64,000 nt of DNA, from NCBI GenBank assembly GCA_964016885.1, contig OZ024760.1, positions 33,790,001 to 33,854,000 on the forward strand, in the 5' to 3' direction. The number at the start of each line of letters is the position of its first letter. Positions within the stretch are counted from its first letter, which is position 1. Below are positions 1-14,245 of the stretch, piece after piece. Made by a program: the position numbers and the translations under genes. Under the pieces are notes generated by a model. It was not told where the DNA came from and ran no database searches. It saw only the letters and a program-made list of their open reading frames with translations. Origin of the DNA: Eledone cirrhosa (taxonomy: Eukaryota).

Positions 1-3000
1 GTTGTTGTGGTGGTGTTGGTGTTGTGATGGTTGTTGTTGTCGTGGTAGTAATGGTGTTGTGATGGTTGTTGTTGTGGTGGTAGTGTTGGTGATGTGATGG
101 TTGTTGTTGTGGTGGTAGTGTTGGTGTTGTGATGGTTGTTGTTGTGGTTGTAGTGTTGGTGTTGTATTGGTTGTTGTTGTGGTGGTAGTGTTGGTGTTGT
201 GATGGTTGTTGTTGTGGTGGTAGTGTTGGTTTTGTGCAGGTTGTTGTGGTCGTAGTGTTGGTGATGTAATGGTTGTTGTAGTTGTGGTAGTGTTGTTGTT
301 GTGATGGTTGTTGTTGTGGTGGTAGTGTTGGTGTTGTGATGGTTGTTGTTGTGGTGGTAGTGTTGGTGTGGTTGTTGTTGTTGTGGTGGTAGTGTTGGTG
401 ATATGATGGTTGTTCTTGTGCTGGTAGTGTTGGCTATGTGATGGTTGTTGTTGTGGTGGTAGTGTTGGTGTGGTGGTTGGTGTTGTGGTGGTAGTGTTGG
501 TGATGTGATGTTTGTTGTTCTGGTGGTAGTGATGGTGTTGTGATGGTTATTGTTGTGGTGGTAGTGTTGGTGATGTGATAGTTGTTGTTGTTGTGGTAGT
601 GTTAATGTTGTGATGGTTGTTGTTGTAGTGGTATTGATGGTGTTGTGATGGTTGTTGTTGTGGTGGTAGTGTTGGTGATGTCTTTGTTGTTGTTCTGGTG
701 GTAGTGTTGGTGTGGTGGTTGTTGTTGTGGTGGTAGTGATGGTGATGTGATGTTTGTTGTTCTGGTGGTAGTGATGGTGTTGTGATGGTTATTGTTGTGG
801 TGGTAGTGTTGCTGATGTGATAGTTGTTGTTGTTGTGGTAGTGTTAGTGTTGTGATGGTTGTTGTTGTAGTGGTAGTGATGGTGTTGTGATGGTTGTTGT
901 TGTGGTGGTAGTGTTGGTGATGTCTTTGTTGTTGTTCTGGTGGTAGTGTTGGTGCGGTGGTTGTTGTTGTGGTGGTAGTATTGGTGATGTGATGGTTGTT
1001 GTTGTGGTGGTAGTGATGGTGATGTGATGGTTGTTGTTGTGGTGGTAGTGATGGTGTTGTGATGGTTGTTCTTGTGGTGGCAGTGTTGGTGTGGTTGTTG
1101 TTGTGGTGGTAGTGTTGGTGATGTGATGGTTGTTGTGGTGGTGGTAGTGTTGGTGTGGTGGTTGTTGTTGTGGTGGTAGTATTGGTGATGTGATGGTTGT
1201 TGTTGTGGTGGTAGTGTTGGTGATGTGATGGTTGTTGTTGTGGTGGTAGTGTTGGTGATGTGATGGTTGTTGTTGTGGTGGTTTTGTTGGTGATGTGATG
1301 GTTGTTGTTGTGGTGGTAGTGTTTGTGATGTGATGGTTGTTGTTGTGGTGGTAGTGTTGGTGATATGATGGTTGTTGTTGTGGTGGTAGTGATGGTGTTG
1401 TGATGGTTGTTGTTGTGTCGGTGATGTGGTGGTTGTTGTTGTGGTGGTAGTGATGGTGTTGAGATGGTTATTGTTGTGGTGGTAGTTTTGGTGTGGTGGT
1501 TGGTGTTGTTGTGGTGGTAGTGTAGGTGATGTGATGGTTGTTGTTGTGGTGGTAGTGTTGGTTATGTGATGGTTGTTGTTGTGGTGGTAGTGATGGTGTT
1601 GTGATGGTTATTGTTGTGGTGGTAGTGTTGGTGTGCTGGTTGTTGTTGTGGTGGTAGTGTTGGTGATGTGATGCTTGTTCTTGTGGTGGTAGTGTTGGTG
1701 ATGTGATGTTTGTTGTTGTGGTGGTAGTGATGGTGTTGTGATGGTTGTTCTTGTGGTGATAGTGTTGGTGTGGTGGTTATTGTTGTTTTGTGGTAGTGTT
1801 GGTGATGTGATGGTTGTTGTTGTGGTGGTAGTGTTGGTGTGGTGGTTGTTGTTGTGGTGCTAGTGTTGGTGATGTGATGGTTGTTGTTGTGGTGGTAGTG
1901 TTGGTGATGTGATGGTTGTTGTTGTGGTGGTAGTGTTGGTGATGTCTTTGTTGTTGTTCTGGTGGTAGTGTTGGTGCGGTGGTTGTTGTTGTGGTGGTAG
2001 TATTGGTGATGTGATGGTTGTTGTTGTGGTGGTAGTGATGGTGATGTGATGGTTGTTGTTGTGGTGGTAGTGATGGTGTTGTGATGGTTGTTCTTGTGGT
2101 GGCAGTGTTGGTGTGGTTGTTGTTGTGGTGGTAGTGTTGGTGATGTGATGGTTGTTGTGGTGGTGGTAGTGTTGGTGTGGTGGTTGTTGTTGTGGTGGTA
2201 GTATTGGTGATGTGATGGTTGTTGTTGTGGTGGTAGTGTTGGTGATGTGATGGTTGTTGTTGTGGTGGTAGTGTTGGTGATGTGATGGTTGTTGTTGTGG
2301 TGGTTTTGTTGGTGATGTGATGGTTGTTGTTGTGGTGGTAGTGTTTGTGATGTGATGGTTGTTGTTGTGGTGGTAGTGTTGGTGATATGATGGTTGTTGT
2401 TGTGGTGGTAGTGATGGTGTTGTGATGGTTGTTGTTGTGTCGGTGATGTGGTGGTTGTTGTTGTGGTGGTAGTGATGGTGTTGAGATGGTTATTGTTGTG
2501 GTGGTAGTTTTGGTGTGGTGGTTGGTGTTGTTGTGGTGGTAGTGTAGGTGATGTGATGGTTGTTGTTGTGGTGGTAGTGTTGGTTATGTGATGGTTGTTG
2601 TTGTGGTGGTAGTGATGGTGTTGTGATGGTTATTGTTGTGGTGGTAGTGTTGGTGTGCTGGTTGTTGTTGTGGTGGTAGTGTTGGTGATGTGATGCTTGT
2701 TCTTGTGGTGGTAGTGTTGGTGATGTGATGTTTGTTGTTGTGGTGGTAGTGATGGTGTTGTGATGGTTGTTCTTGTGGTGATAGTGTTGGTGTGGTGGTT
2801 ATTGTTGTTTTGTGGTAGTGTTGGTGATGTGATGGTTGTTGTTGTGGTGGTAGTGTTGGTGTGGTGGTTGTTGTTGTGGTGCTAGTGTTGGTGATGTGAT
2901 GGTTGTTGTTGTGGTGGTAGTGTTGGTGATGTGATGGTTGTTGTTGTGGTGGTAGTGTTGGTGATGTGATGGTTGTTGTTGTGGTTGTTTTGTCGGTGAT

Positions 3001-6000
3001 GTGATGGTTGTTGTTGTGGTGGTAGTGTTGGTGATGTGATGGTTGTTGTTGTGGTGGTAGTGATGGTGTTGTGATGGTTGTTGTTGTGGTGGTTGTGTTG
3101 GTGATGTGGTGGTTGTTGTTGTGGTGGGAGTGTTGGTGATGTGATGGTTGTTGTTGTGGTGGTAGTGTTGGTGATGTGATGGTTGTTGTTGTGGTGGTAG
3201 TGTTGGTGATGTGATGGTAGTGTTGGTGATGTGATGGTTATTGTGGTGGTGGTAGTCTTGGTGATGTGATGGTTGTTGTTGTGGTGGTAGTGTTGGTGAT
3301 GTGATGGTTGTTGTTGTGGTGGTAGTGTTGGTGTTGTGATGGTTGTTGTTGTGGTGTTAGTGTTGGTGATGTGATGGTTGTTGTTGTGCTGGTAGTGTTG
3401 GTGATGTGATTGTTGTTGTGGTGGTGTTGGTGTGGTGGTTGTTGTTGTTGTCGTGGTAGTAATGGTGTTGTGATGGTTGTTGTTGTGGTGGTAGTGTTGG
3501 TGATGTGATAGTTGTTGTTGTGGTGGTAGTGTTGGTGTTGTGATGGTTGTTGTTGTGGTTGTAGTGTTGGTGTGGTGGTTGTTGTTGTTGTGGTGGTAGT
3601 GTTGGTGATGTGATAGTTGTTGTTGTTGTGGTAGTGTTAGTGTTGTGATGGTTGTTGTAGTGGTAGTGATGGTGTTGTGATGGTTGTTGTTGTGGTGGTA
3701 GTGTTGGTGATGTCTTTGTTGTTGTTCTGGTGGTAGTGTTGGTGTGGTGGTTGTTGTTGTGGTGGTAGTGATGGTGATGTGATTGTTGTTGATGTGGTGG
3801 TAGTGATGGTGTTGTGATGGTTGTTCTTGTGGTGGCAGTGTTGGTGTGGTTGTTGTTGTGGTGGTAGTGTTGGTGATGTGATGGTTGTTGTTGTGGTGGT
3901 AGTGTTGGTGATGTGATGGTTGTTGTTGTGGTGGTAGTGTTCGTGATGTGATGGTTGTTGTTGTGGTGGTAGTGTTGGTGATATGATGGTTGTTGTTGTG
4001 GTGGTAGTGATGGTGTTGTGATGGTTGTTGTTGTGTTGGTGATGTGGTGGTTGTTGTTGTGGTGGTAGTGATGGTGTTGAGATGGTTATTGTTGTGGTGG
4101 TAGTGTTGGTGTGGTGGTTGGTGTTGTTGTGGTGGTAGTATTGGTGATGTGATGGTTGTTGTTGTGGTGGTAGTGTTGGTTATGTGATGGTTGTTGTTGT
4201 GGTGGTAGTGATGGTGTTGTGATGGTTGTTGTTGTGGTGGTAGTGTTGGTGTGCTGGTTGTTGTTGTGGTGGTAGTGTTGGTGATGTGATGGTTGTTGTT
4301 GTGGTGGTAGTGTTGGTGATGTGATGGTTGTTGTTGTGGTGGTAGTGTTGGTGATGTGATGGTTGTTGTTGTCGTGGTTTTGTTGGTGATGTGATGGTTG
4401 TTGTGGTGGTGTTGGTGTTGTGATGGTTGTTGTTGTCGTGGTAGTAATGGTGTTTTGATGGTTGTTGTTGTGGTGGTAGTGTTGGTGATGTGATGGTTGT
4501 TGTTGTGGTGGTAGTGTTGGTGTTGTGATGGTTGTTGTTGTGGTTGTAGTGTTGGTGTTGTATTGGTTGTTGTTGTGGTGGCAGTGTTGGTGTTGTGATG
4601 GTTGTTGTTGTGGTGGTAGTGTTGGTTTTGTGGTGGTTGTTTTTGTCGTAGTGTTGGTGATGTAATGGTTGTTGTAGTGGTGGTAGTGTTGGTGTTGTGA
4701 TGGTTGTTGTTGTGGTGGTAGTGTTGGTGTTGTGATGGTTGTTGTTGTGGTGGTAGTGTTGGTGTGGTTGTTGTTGTTGTGGTGGTAGTGTTGGTGATGT
4801 GATGGTTGTTGTTGTGATGGTAGTGTTGGTGTTGTGATGGTTGTTGTTGTGGTGGTAGTGTTGGTGTGGTCGTTGTTGATGTGGTGGTAGTGTTGGTGCT
4901 GTGATGGTTGTTGTTGTGGTGGTAGTGTTGGTGCTGTGATAGTTGTTGTTGTGGTGGTAATGTTCCTGTGGTGGTAGTGTTGGTGATGTAATGGTTGTTG
5001 TAGTGGTGGTAGTGTTGGTGTTGTGATGGTTGTTGTTGTGGTGGTAGTGTTGGTGATGTGATGTTTGTTGTTGTGGTGGTAGTGTTGGTGATGTGATGGT
5101 TGTTGTTGTGGTGGTAGTGATGGTGATGTGATGGTTGTTGTTGTGGTGGTAGTGTTGGTGTGGTGGTTGTTGTTGTGGTGGTGGTAGTGTTGGTGATGTG
5201 ATGGTTGTTGTTGTTGTGGAAGTGTTGGTGTTGTGATGGTTGTTGTTGTAGTGATGGTGTTGTGATGGTTGTTGTTGTGGTGGTAGTGTTGGTGATGTGA
5301 TTGTTGTTGTTCTGGTGGTAGTGTTGGTGTGGTGGTTGTTGTTGTGGTGGTAGTGATGGTGATGTGACGGTCGTTGTTGTGGTGGTCGTGATGGTGTTGT
5401 GATGGTTGTTCTTGTGGTGGCAGTGTTGGTGATGTGATGGTTGTTGTTGTGGTGGTAGTGTTGGTGATGTGATGGTTGTTGTTGTGGTGGTAGTGTTGGT
5501 GATGTGATGGTTGTTGTTGTGGTGGTTTTGTTGGTGATGTGATGGTTGTTGTTGTGGTGGTAGTGTTGGTGTGGTTGTTGTTGTGGTGGTAGTGTTGGTG
5601 ATGTGATGGTTGTTGTCGTGGTGGTAGTCTTGGTGATGTGATGGTTGTTGTTGTGGTGGTAGTGTTGGTGATGTGATGGTTGTTGTTGTGGTGGTAGTGT
5701 TGGTGATGTGATGGTTGTTGTTGTGGTGGTAGTGTTGGTGATGTGATGGTTGTTGTTGTGGTGGTTTTGTTGGTGATGTGATGGTTGTTGTTGTGGTGGT
5801 AGTGTTCGTGTTGTGATGGTTGTTGTTGTGGTGGTAGTGTTGGTGATATGATGGTTGTTGTTGTGGTGGTAGTGATGGTGTTGTGATGGTTGTTGTTGTG
5901 TTGGTGATGTGGTGGTTGTTGTTGTGGTGGTAGTGATGTTGTTGAGATGGTTATTGTTGTGGTGGTAGTGTTGGTGTGGTGGTTGGTGTTGTTGTGGTGG

Positions 6001-9000
6001 TAGTGTTGGTGATGTGATGGTTGTTGTTGTGGTGGTAGTGTTGGTTATGTGATGGTTGTTGTTGTGGTGGTAGTGATTGTGTTGTGATGGTTATTGTTGT
6101 GGTGGTAGTGTTGGTGTGGTGGTTGTTGTTGTGGTGGTAGTGTTGGTGATGTGATGCTTGTTCTTGTGGTGGTAGTGTTGGTGATGTGATGTTTGTTGTT
6201 GTGGTGGTAGTGATGGTGTTGTGATGGTTGTTCTTGTGGTGGTAGTGTTGGTGTGCTGGTTGTTGTTGTTGTGGTGGTAGTGTTGGTTATGTGATGGTTG
6301 TTGTTGTGGTGGTAGTGTTGGTGTGGTGGTTGTTGTTGTGGTGGTAGTGTTGGTGATGTGATGGTTGTTGTTGTGGTGGTAGTGTTGGTGATGTGATGCT
6401 TGTTGTTGTGGTGGTAGTGTTGGTGATGTGATGGTTATTGTTGTGGTGGTAGTGTTGGTGTGGTGGTTGGTGTTGTTGTGGTGGTAGTGTTGGTGATGTG
6501 ATGGTTGTTGTTGTGGTGGTAGTGTTGGTGATGTGATGCTTGTTGTTGTGGTGGTAGTGTTGGTGATGTGATGTTTGTTGTTGTGGTTGTTTTGTTGGTG
6601 ATGTGATGGTTGTTGTTGTGGTGGTAGTGTTGGTGATGTGATGGTTGTTGTTGTGGTGGTAGTGATGGTGTTGTGGTGGTTGTTGTTGTGGTGGTTGTGT
6701 TGGTGATGTGGTGGTTGTTGTTGTGGTCGTAGTGTTGGTGATGTGATGGTTGTTGTTGTGGTGGTAGTGTTGGTGATGTGATGGTTGTTGTTGTGGTGGT
6801 AGTGTTGGTGATGTGATGGTTGTTGTTGTGGTGGTAGTCTTGGTGATGTGATGGTTGTTGTTGTGGTGGTAGTGTTGGTGATGTGATGGTTGTTGTTCTG
6901 GTGGTAGTGTTGTTGTTGTGATGGTTGTTGTTGTGGTGGTTGTGTTGGTGATGTGATGATTGTTGTTGTGGTTGTAGTGATGGTGTTGTGATGGTTTTTG
7001 TTGTGGTGGTAGTGTTGGTGATGTGATGGTTGTTGTTGTGGTGGTAGTGTTGGTTTTGTGATGGTTGTTGTTGTGGTGTTAGTGTTGGTGATGTGATGGT
7101 TGTTGTTGTGCTGGTAGTGTTGGTGTTGTGATGGTTGTTGTTGTGGTGTTAGTGTTGGTGATGTGATGGTTGTTGTTGTGGTGGTAGTGTTGGTGTTGTG
7201 ATGGTTGATGTTGTGGTTGTAGTGTTGGTGTTGTATTGGTTGTTGTTGTGGTGTAAGTGTTGGTGATGTGATGGTTGTTTTTGTGCTGGTAGTGTTGGTG
7301 ATGTGATTGTTGTTGTGGTGGTGTTGGTGTTGTGATGGTTGTTGTTGTCGTGGTAGTAATGGTGTTGTGATGGTTGTTGTTGTGGTGGTAGTGTTGGTGA
7401 TGTGATGGTTGTTGTTGTGGTGGTAGTGTTGGTGTTGTGATGGTTGTTGTTGTGGTTGTAGTGTTGGTGTTGTATTGGTTGTTGTTGTGGTGGTAGTGTT
7501 GGTGTTGTGATGGTTGTTGTTGTGGTGGTAGTGTTGGTTTTGTGCAGGTTGTTGTGGTCGTAGTGTTGGTGATGTAATGGTTGTTGTAGTTGTGGTAGTG
7601 TTGTTGTTGTGATGGTTGTTGTTGTGGTGGTAGTGTTGGTGTTGTGATGGTTGTTGTTGTGGTGGTAGTGTTGGTGTGGTTGTTGTTGTTGTGGTGGTAG
7701 TGTTGGTGATATGATGGTTGTTCTTGTGCTGGTAGTGTTGGCTATGTGATGGTTGTTGTTGTGGTGGTAGTGTTGGTGTGGTGGTTGGTGTTGTGGTGGT
7801 AGTGTTGGTGATGTGATGTTTGTTGTTCTGGTGGTAGTGATGGTGTTGTGATGGTTATTGTTGTGGTGGTAGTGTTGGTGATGTGATAGTTGTTGTTGTT
7901 GTGGTAGTGTTAATGTTGTGATGGTTGTTGTTGTAGTGGTAGTGATGGTGTTGTGATGGTTGTTGTTGTGGTGGTAGTGTTGGTGATGTCTTTGTTGTTG
8001 TTCTGGTGGTAGTGTTGGTGTGGTGGTTGTTGTTGTGGTGGTAGTGATGGTGATGTGATGTTTGTTGTTCTGGTGGTAGTGATGGTGTTGTGATGGTTAT
8101 TGTTGTGGTGGTAGTGTTGCTGATGTGATAGTTGTTGTTGTTGTGGTAGTGTTAGTGTTGTGATGGTTGTTGTTGTAGTGGTAGTGATGGTGTTGTGATG
8201 GTTGTTGTTGTGGTGGTAGTGTTGGTGATGTCTTTGTTGTTGTTCTGGTGGTAGTGTTGGTGCGGTGGTTGTTGTTGTGGTGGTAGTATTGGTGATGTGA
8301 TGGTTGTTGTTGTGGTGGTAGTGATGGTGATGTGATGGTTGTTGTTGTGGTGGTAGTGATGGTGTTGTGATGGTTGTTCTTGTGGTGGCAGTGTTGGTGT
8401 GGTTGTTGTTGTGGTGGTAGTGTTGGTGATGTGATGGTTGTTGTGGTGGTGGTAGTGTTGGTGTGGTGGTTGTTGTTGTGGTGGTAGTATTGGTGATGTG
8501 ATGGTTGTTGTTGTGGTGGTAGTGTTGGTGATGTGATGGTTGTTGTTGTGGTGGTAGTGTTGGTGATGTGATGGTTGTTGTTGTGGTGGTTTTGTTGGTG
8601 ATGTGATGGTTGTTGTTGTGGTGGTAGTGTTTGTGATGTGATGGTTGTTGTTGTGGTGGTAGTGTTGGTGATATGATGGTTGTTGTTGTGGTGGTAGTGA
8701 TGGTGTTGTGATGGTTGTTGTTGTGTCGGTGATGTGGTGGTTGTTGTTGTGGTGGTAGTGATGGTGTTGAGATGGTTATTGTTGTGGTGGTAGTTTTGGT
8801 GTGGTGGTTGGTGTTGTTGTGGTGGTAGTGTAGGTGATGTGATGGTTGTTGTTGTGGTGGTAGTGTTGGTTATGTGATGGTTGTTGTTGTGGTGGTAGTG
8901 ATGGTGTTGTGATGGTTATTGTTGTGGTGGTAGTGTTGGTGTGCTGGTTGTTGTTGTGGTGGTAGTGTTGGTGATGTGATGCTTGTTCTTGTGGTGGTAG

Positions 9001-12000
9001 TGTTGGTGATGTGATGTTTGTTGTTGTGGTGGTAGTGATGGTGTTGTGATGGTTGTTCTTGTGGTGATAGTGTTGGTGTGGTGGTTATTGTTGTTTTGTG
9101 GTAGTGTTGGTGATGTGATGGTTGTTGTTGTGGTGGTAGTGTTGGTGTGGTGGTTGTTGTTGTGGTGCTAGTGTTGGTGATGTGATGGTTGTTGTTGTGG
9201 TGGTAGTGTTGGTGATGTGATGGTTGTTGTTGTGGTGGTAGTGTTGGTGATGTGATGGTTGTTGTTGTGGTTGTTTTGTCGGTGATGTGATGGTTGTTGT
9301 TGTGGTGGTAGTGTTGGTGATGTGATGGTTGTTGTTGTGGTGGTAGTGATGGTGTTGTGATGGTTGTTGTTGTGGTGGTAGTGTTGGTGATATGATGGTT
9401 GTTGTTGTGGTGGTAGTGATGGTGTTGTGATGGTTGTTGTTGTGTTGGTGATGTGGTGGTTGTTGTTGTGGTGGTAGTGATGGTGTTGAGATGGTTATTG
9501 TTGTGGTGGTAGTGTTGGTGTGGTGGTTGGTGTTGTTGTGGTGGTAGTATTGGTGATGTGATGGTTGTTGTTGTGGTGGTAGTGTTGGTGATGTGATGGT
9601 TGTTGTTGTGGTGGTAGTGTTGGTGTTGTGATGGTTGTTGTTGTGGTGTTAGTGTTGGTGATGTGATGGTTGTTGTTGTGCTGGTAGTGTTGGTGATGTG
9701 ATTGTTGTTGTGGTGGTGTTGGTGTGGTGGTTGTTGTTGTTGTCGTGGTAGTAATGGTGTTGTGATGGTTGTTGTTGTGGTGGTAGTGTTGGTGATGTGA
9801 TAGTTGTTGTTGTGGTGGTAGTGTTGGTGTTGTGATGGTTGTTGTTGTGGTTGTAGTGTTGGTGTGGTGGTTGTTGTTGTTGTGGTGGTAGTGTTGGTGA
9901 TGTGATAGTTGTTGTTGTTGTGGTAGTGTTAGTGTTGTGATGGTTGTTGTAGTGGTAGTGATGGTGTTGTGATGGTTGTTGTTGTGGTGGTAGTGTTGGT
10001 GATGTCTTTGTTGTTGTTCTGGTGGTAGTGTTGGTGTGGTGGTTGTTGTTGTGGTGGTAGTGATGGTGATGTGATGGTTGTTGTTGTGGTGGTAGTGATG
10101 GTGTTGTGATGGTTGTTCTTGTGGTGGCAGTGTTGGTGTGGTTGTTGTTGTGGTGGTAGTGTTGGTGATGTGATGGTTGTTGTTGTGGTGGTAGTGTTGG
10201 TGATGTGATGGTTGTTGTTGTGGTGGTAGTGTTCGTGATGTGATGGTTGTTGTTGTGGTGGTAGTGTTGGTGATATGATGGTTGTTGTTGTGGTGGTAGT
10301 GATGGTGTTGTGATGGTTGTTGTTGTGTTGGTGATGTGGTGGTTGTTGTTGTGGTGGTAGTGATGGTGTTGAGATGGTTATTGTTGTGGTGGTAGTGTTG
10401 GTGTGGTGGTTGGTGTTGTTGTGGTGGTAGTATTGGTGATGTGATGGTTGTTGTTGTGGTGGTAGTGTTGGTTATGTGATGGTTGTTGTTGTGGTGGTAG
10501 TGATGGTGTTGTGATGGTTGTTGTTGTGGTGGTAGTGTTGGTGTGCTGGTTGTTGTTGTGGTGGTAGTGTTGGTGATGTGATGGTTGTTGTTGTGGTGGT
10601 AGTGTTGGTGATGTGATGGTTGTTGTTGTGGTGGTAGTGTTGGTGATGTGATGGTTGTTGTTGTCGTGGTTTTGTTGGTGATGTGATGGTTGTTGTTGTG
10701 GTGGTAGTGTTCGTGATGTGATGGTTGTTGTTGTGGTGGTAGTGTTGGTGATATGATGGTTGTTGTTGTGGTGGTAGTGATGGTGTTGTGATGGTTGTTG
10801 TTGTGGTGGTTGTGTTGGTGATGTGGTGGTTGTTGTTGTGGTGGGAGTGTTGGTGATGTGATGGTTGTTGTTGTGGTGGTATTGTTGGTGATGTGATGGT
10901 TGTTGTTGTGGTGGTAGTGTTGGTGATGTGATGGTTGTTGTTGTGGTGGTAGTGTTGGTGATGTGATGGTTGTTGTTGTGGTGGTAGTGTTGGTGATGTG
11001 ATGGTTGTTGTTGTGGTGGTAGTGTTGGTGTTGTGATGGTTGTTGTTGTGGTGGTAGTGTTGGTGATGTGATTGTTGTTGTGGTGGTGTTGGTGTTGTGA
11101 TGGTTGTTGTTGTGCTGGTAGTGTTGGTGATGTGATTGTTGTTGTGGTGGTGTTGGTGTTGTGATGGTTGTTTTTGTGGTGGTAGTAATGGTGTTGTGAT
11201 GGTTGTTGTTGTGGTGGTAGTGTTGGTGTTGTGATGGTTGTTGTTGTGCTGGTAGTGTTGGTGATGTGATTGTTGTTGTGGTGGTGTTGGTGTTGTGATG
11301 GTTGTTTTTGTGGTGGTAGTAATGGTGTTGTGATGGTTGTTGTTGTGGTGGTAGTGTTGGTGATGTGATGGTTGTTCTTGTGGTGGTAGTGTTGGTGTTG
11401 TGATGGTTGTTGTTGTGGTGGTAGTGTTGGTGTTGTATTGGTTGTTGTTGTGGTGGTAGTGTTGGTGTTGTGGTAGTGTTGGTGATGTGACGGTTGTTGT
11501 TGTGGTGGTAGTGTTGGTGTGTTGATGGTTGTTGTTGTGGTGGTAATGTTGGTTTGGTGTTTGTTGTTGTGGTGGTAGTGTTGGTGATGTGATGGTTGTT
11601 GTTGTTGTGGTAGTGTTGGTGATGTGATGGTTGTTGTTGTGGTGGTAGTGTTGGTGTGATGGTTGTTGTTGTGGTGGTAGTGTTGGTGTTGTGATGGTTG
11701 TTGTTGTGGTGGTAGTGTTGGTGGTGTGATGGTTGTTGTTGTGGTTGTAGTGATGGTGTTGTGATGGTTGTTGTTGTGGTGGTAGTGTTGGTGATGTGAT
11801 GGTTGTTGTTGTGGTGGTAGTGTTGGTGATGTGATGGTTGTTGTTCTGGTGGTAGTGATGGTGTTGTGATGGTTATTGCTGTGGTGGTAGTGTTGGTGTG
11901 GTGGTTGTTGTTGTGGTGGTAGTGTTGGTGATGTGATGGTTGTTGTTGTGGTGGTAGTGTTGGTGATGTGATGGCTGTTGTTGTGGTGGTAGTGTTGGTG

Positions 12001-14245
12001 TTGTGATGGTTGTTGTTGTGGTGGTAGTGTTGGTGTTGTGATGGTTGTTGTTGTGGTGGTAGTGTTGGTGTGGTGGTTGTTGTTGTGGTGGTAGTGTTGG
12101 TGTTGTGATGGTTGTTGTTGTGGTGGTAGTGTTGGTTTGGTGGTGGTTGTTGTGGTCATAGTGTTGGTGATGTAATGGTTGTTGTAGTGGTGGTAGTGTT
12201 GGTGTTGTGATGGTTGTTGTTGTGGTGGTAGTGTTGGTGTGGTAGTTATTGTTGTTGTGGTGGTAGTGTTTGTGATGGTTGTTGTTGTGGTGGTAGTGTT
12301 GGTGATGTGATGGCTGTTGTTGTGGTGGTAGTGTTGGTGTTGTGATAGTTGTTGTTGTGGTGGTAGTGTTGGTGTGGTGGTTGTTGTTGTGGTGGTAGTG
12401 TTGGTGATGTGATTGTTGTTGTTGTGGTGGTAGTCTTGGTGTTGTGATGGTTGTTGTTGTGGTGGTAGTGTTGGTGTGGTGGTTGTTGATGTGGTGGTAG
12501 TGTTGGTGCTGTGATGGTTGTTGCTGTGGTGGTAGTGTTGGTGATGTGATGGTTGTTGTTGTGGTGGTAGTGTTGGTGATGTGATGGTTGTTGTTGTTGT
12601 GGTAGTGTTTGTGATGTGATAGTTGAGGTTGTGGTGGTAGTGTTTGTGATGTGATGGTTGTTGTTGTGGTGGTAGTGTTGGTGATGTGATGGTTGTTGTT
12701 GTGGTGGTAGTGTTCGTGATGTGATGGTTGTTGTGGTGGTAGTGTTGGTGATGTGATGGTTGTTGTTGGGGTGGTAGTGTTGGTGTTGTGATGGTTGTTG
12801 TTGTGGTGGTAGTGTTGGTGATGTGATGGTTGTTGTGGTGGTAGTGTTGGTGATGTGATGGTTGTTGTTGTGGTGGTAGTGTTGGTGATGTGATGGTTGT
12901 TGTTGTTGTGGTGGTAGTGTTGCTTATGTGATGGTTGTTGTGGTGGTAGTGTTGGTGTTGTGATGGTTGTTGTTGTTGTTGTGGTAGTATTTGTGATGTG
13001 ATGGTTGTTGATGTGGTGGTAGTGTTGGTGATGTGATGGTTGTTGTTGTGGTGGTAGTGTTGGTGATGTGATGGTTGTTGTTGTGGTGCTAGTGTTGGTG
13101 ATGTGATGGTTGTTGTTGTGGTATTGTTTGTGATGTGATGGTTGTTGTCGTGGTGGTAGTGTTGGTGGTGTCATGGTTGTTGTTGTGGTGGTAGTGTTGG
13201 TGATGTGATGGTTGTTGTTGTGGTGGTACTGTTGGTGTTGTGATGGTTGTTGTTGTTGTGGTAGTGTTTGTGATGTGATGGTTGTTGTTGTGGTGGTAGT
13301 GTTGGTGATGTGATGGTTGTTGTTGTGGTGGTAGTGTTGGTGATGTGATGGTTGTTGTTGGTGTGCTTGTGGTGATGATGTGATCGTTGCTGTTGTTGCT
13401 TTGGTGGTGCTGGTGATGTGATGGTTGCTGTTGTTGTGGTGGTAGTGTTGGTGATGTGATGGTTTTGTGGTGGCAGTGTTGGTGATGTGATAGTTGTTGC
13501 TGTGGTGGTAGTGTTGGTGATGTGATGGTTGTTGTTGTGGTGGTAGTGTTGGTGATGTGATGTTTGATATTGTGGTGGTAGTGTTGGTGTGGTGGTTGTT
13601 GTTGGGGTGGTAGTGTTGGTGTGGTGGTTGTTGTGGTGGTAGTGTTAGTGATGTGATGGTTGTTGTTGTTGTGGTAGTGTTGGTGATGTGATGGTTGTTG
13701 TTGTTGTGGTAGTGTTGGTGTGGTGGTAGTTTTTGGGGTGGTAGTGTTGGTGTGGTGGTTGTTGTTGTGGTGGTAGTGTTGGTGTGGTGGTTGTTGTTGT
13801 GTTGGTTGTGTTGGTGATGTGATGGTTGTTGTTGTTGTGGTAGTGTTGGTGATGTGATGCTTGTTGTTGTTGTGGTAGTGTTGATGATGATTGTTGTTGT
13901 GGTGGTAGTGTTGGTGATATGATGGTTGTGGTGGTAGTGTTTGTGATGTGATGGTTGTTGTTGTTGTGGTAGTGTTGATGGTATTATGGTTGTTGTTGTG
14001 GTGGTTGTGGTGGTGGTGTGATGGTTGTTGTTGTGGTAGTAGTGTTGGTGATGTGATGGTTGTTGTTGTTGTGGTGGTTGTGGTGGTGGTGTGACGGTTA
14101 TTGTTCTGGTGATGGTTGTGATAGTGTTGTTATGTTAGTGTTGTGATGGTGGTGTTGGCGGTGTGATGGTTGTTGTTGTGATGGAGATGTTGGTGTTGGT
14201 GTGGTGTTGTGATGGTTGTTGTCTTTGTTGGTGGTGTTGTGATGG
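1..14245. repeat. 35-bp G/T-rich satellite array (consensus GTGGTGGTAGTGTTGGTGATGTGATGGTTGTTGTT) with higher-order repeats; runs off the left edge
   Basis: Period of 35 read directly (e.g. TGGTGATGTG at 10921 and 10956). Variant markers recur at 7308-bp and 1022-bp spacing. Units degrade from ~13350 to 14245. Confidence 0.95.

Noticed and set aside
10378-13174. 593-aa and 433-aa Thr/His/Gln-rich ORFs (mucin- or HRG-like)
   Set aside because: Translations of the 35-bp satellite; the unit is not a multiple of 3, indels shift frame freely, and there is no signal peptide.
1-14245. Telomeric repeat or CRISPR array
   Set aside because: No TTAGGG units and no unique spacers; eukaryotic context with no cas genes.
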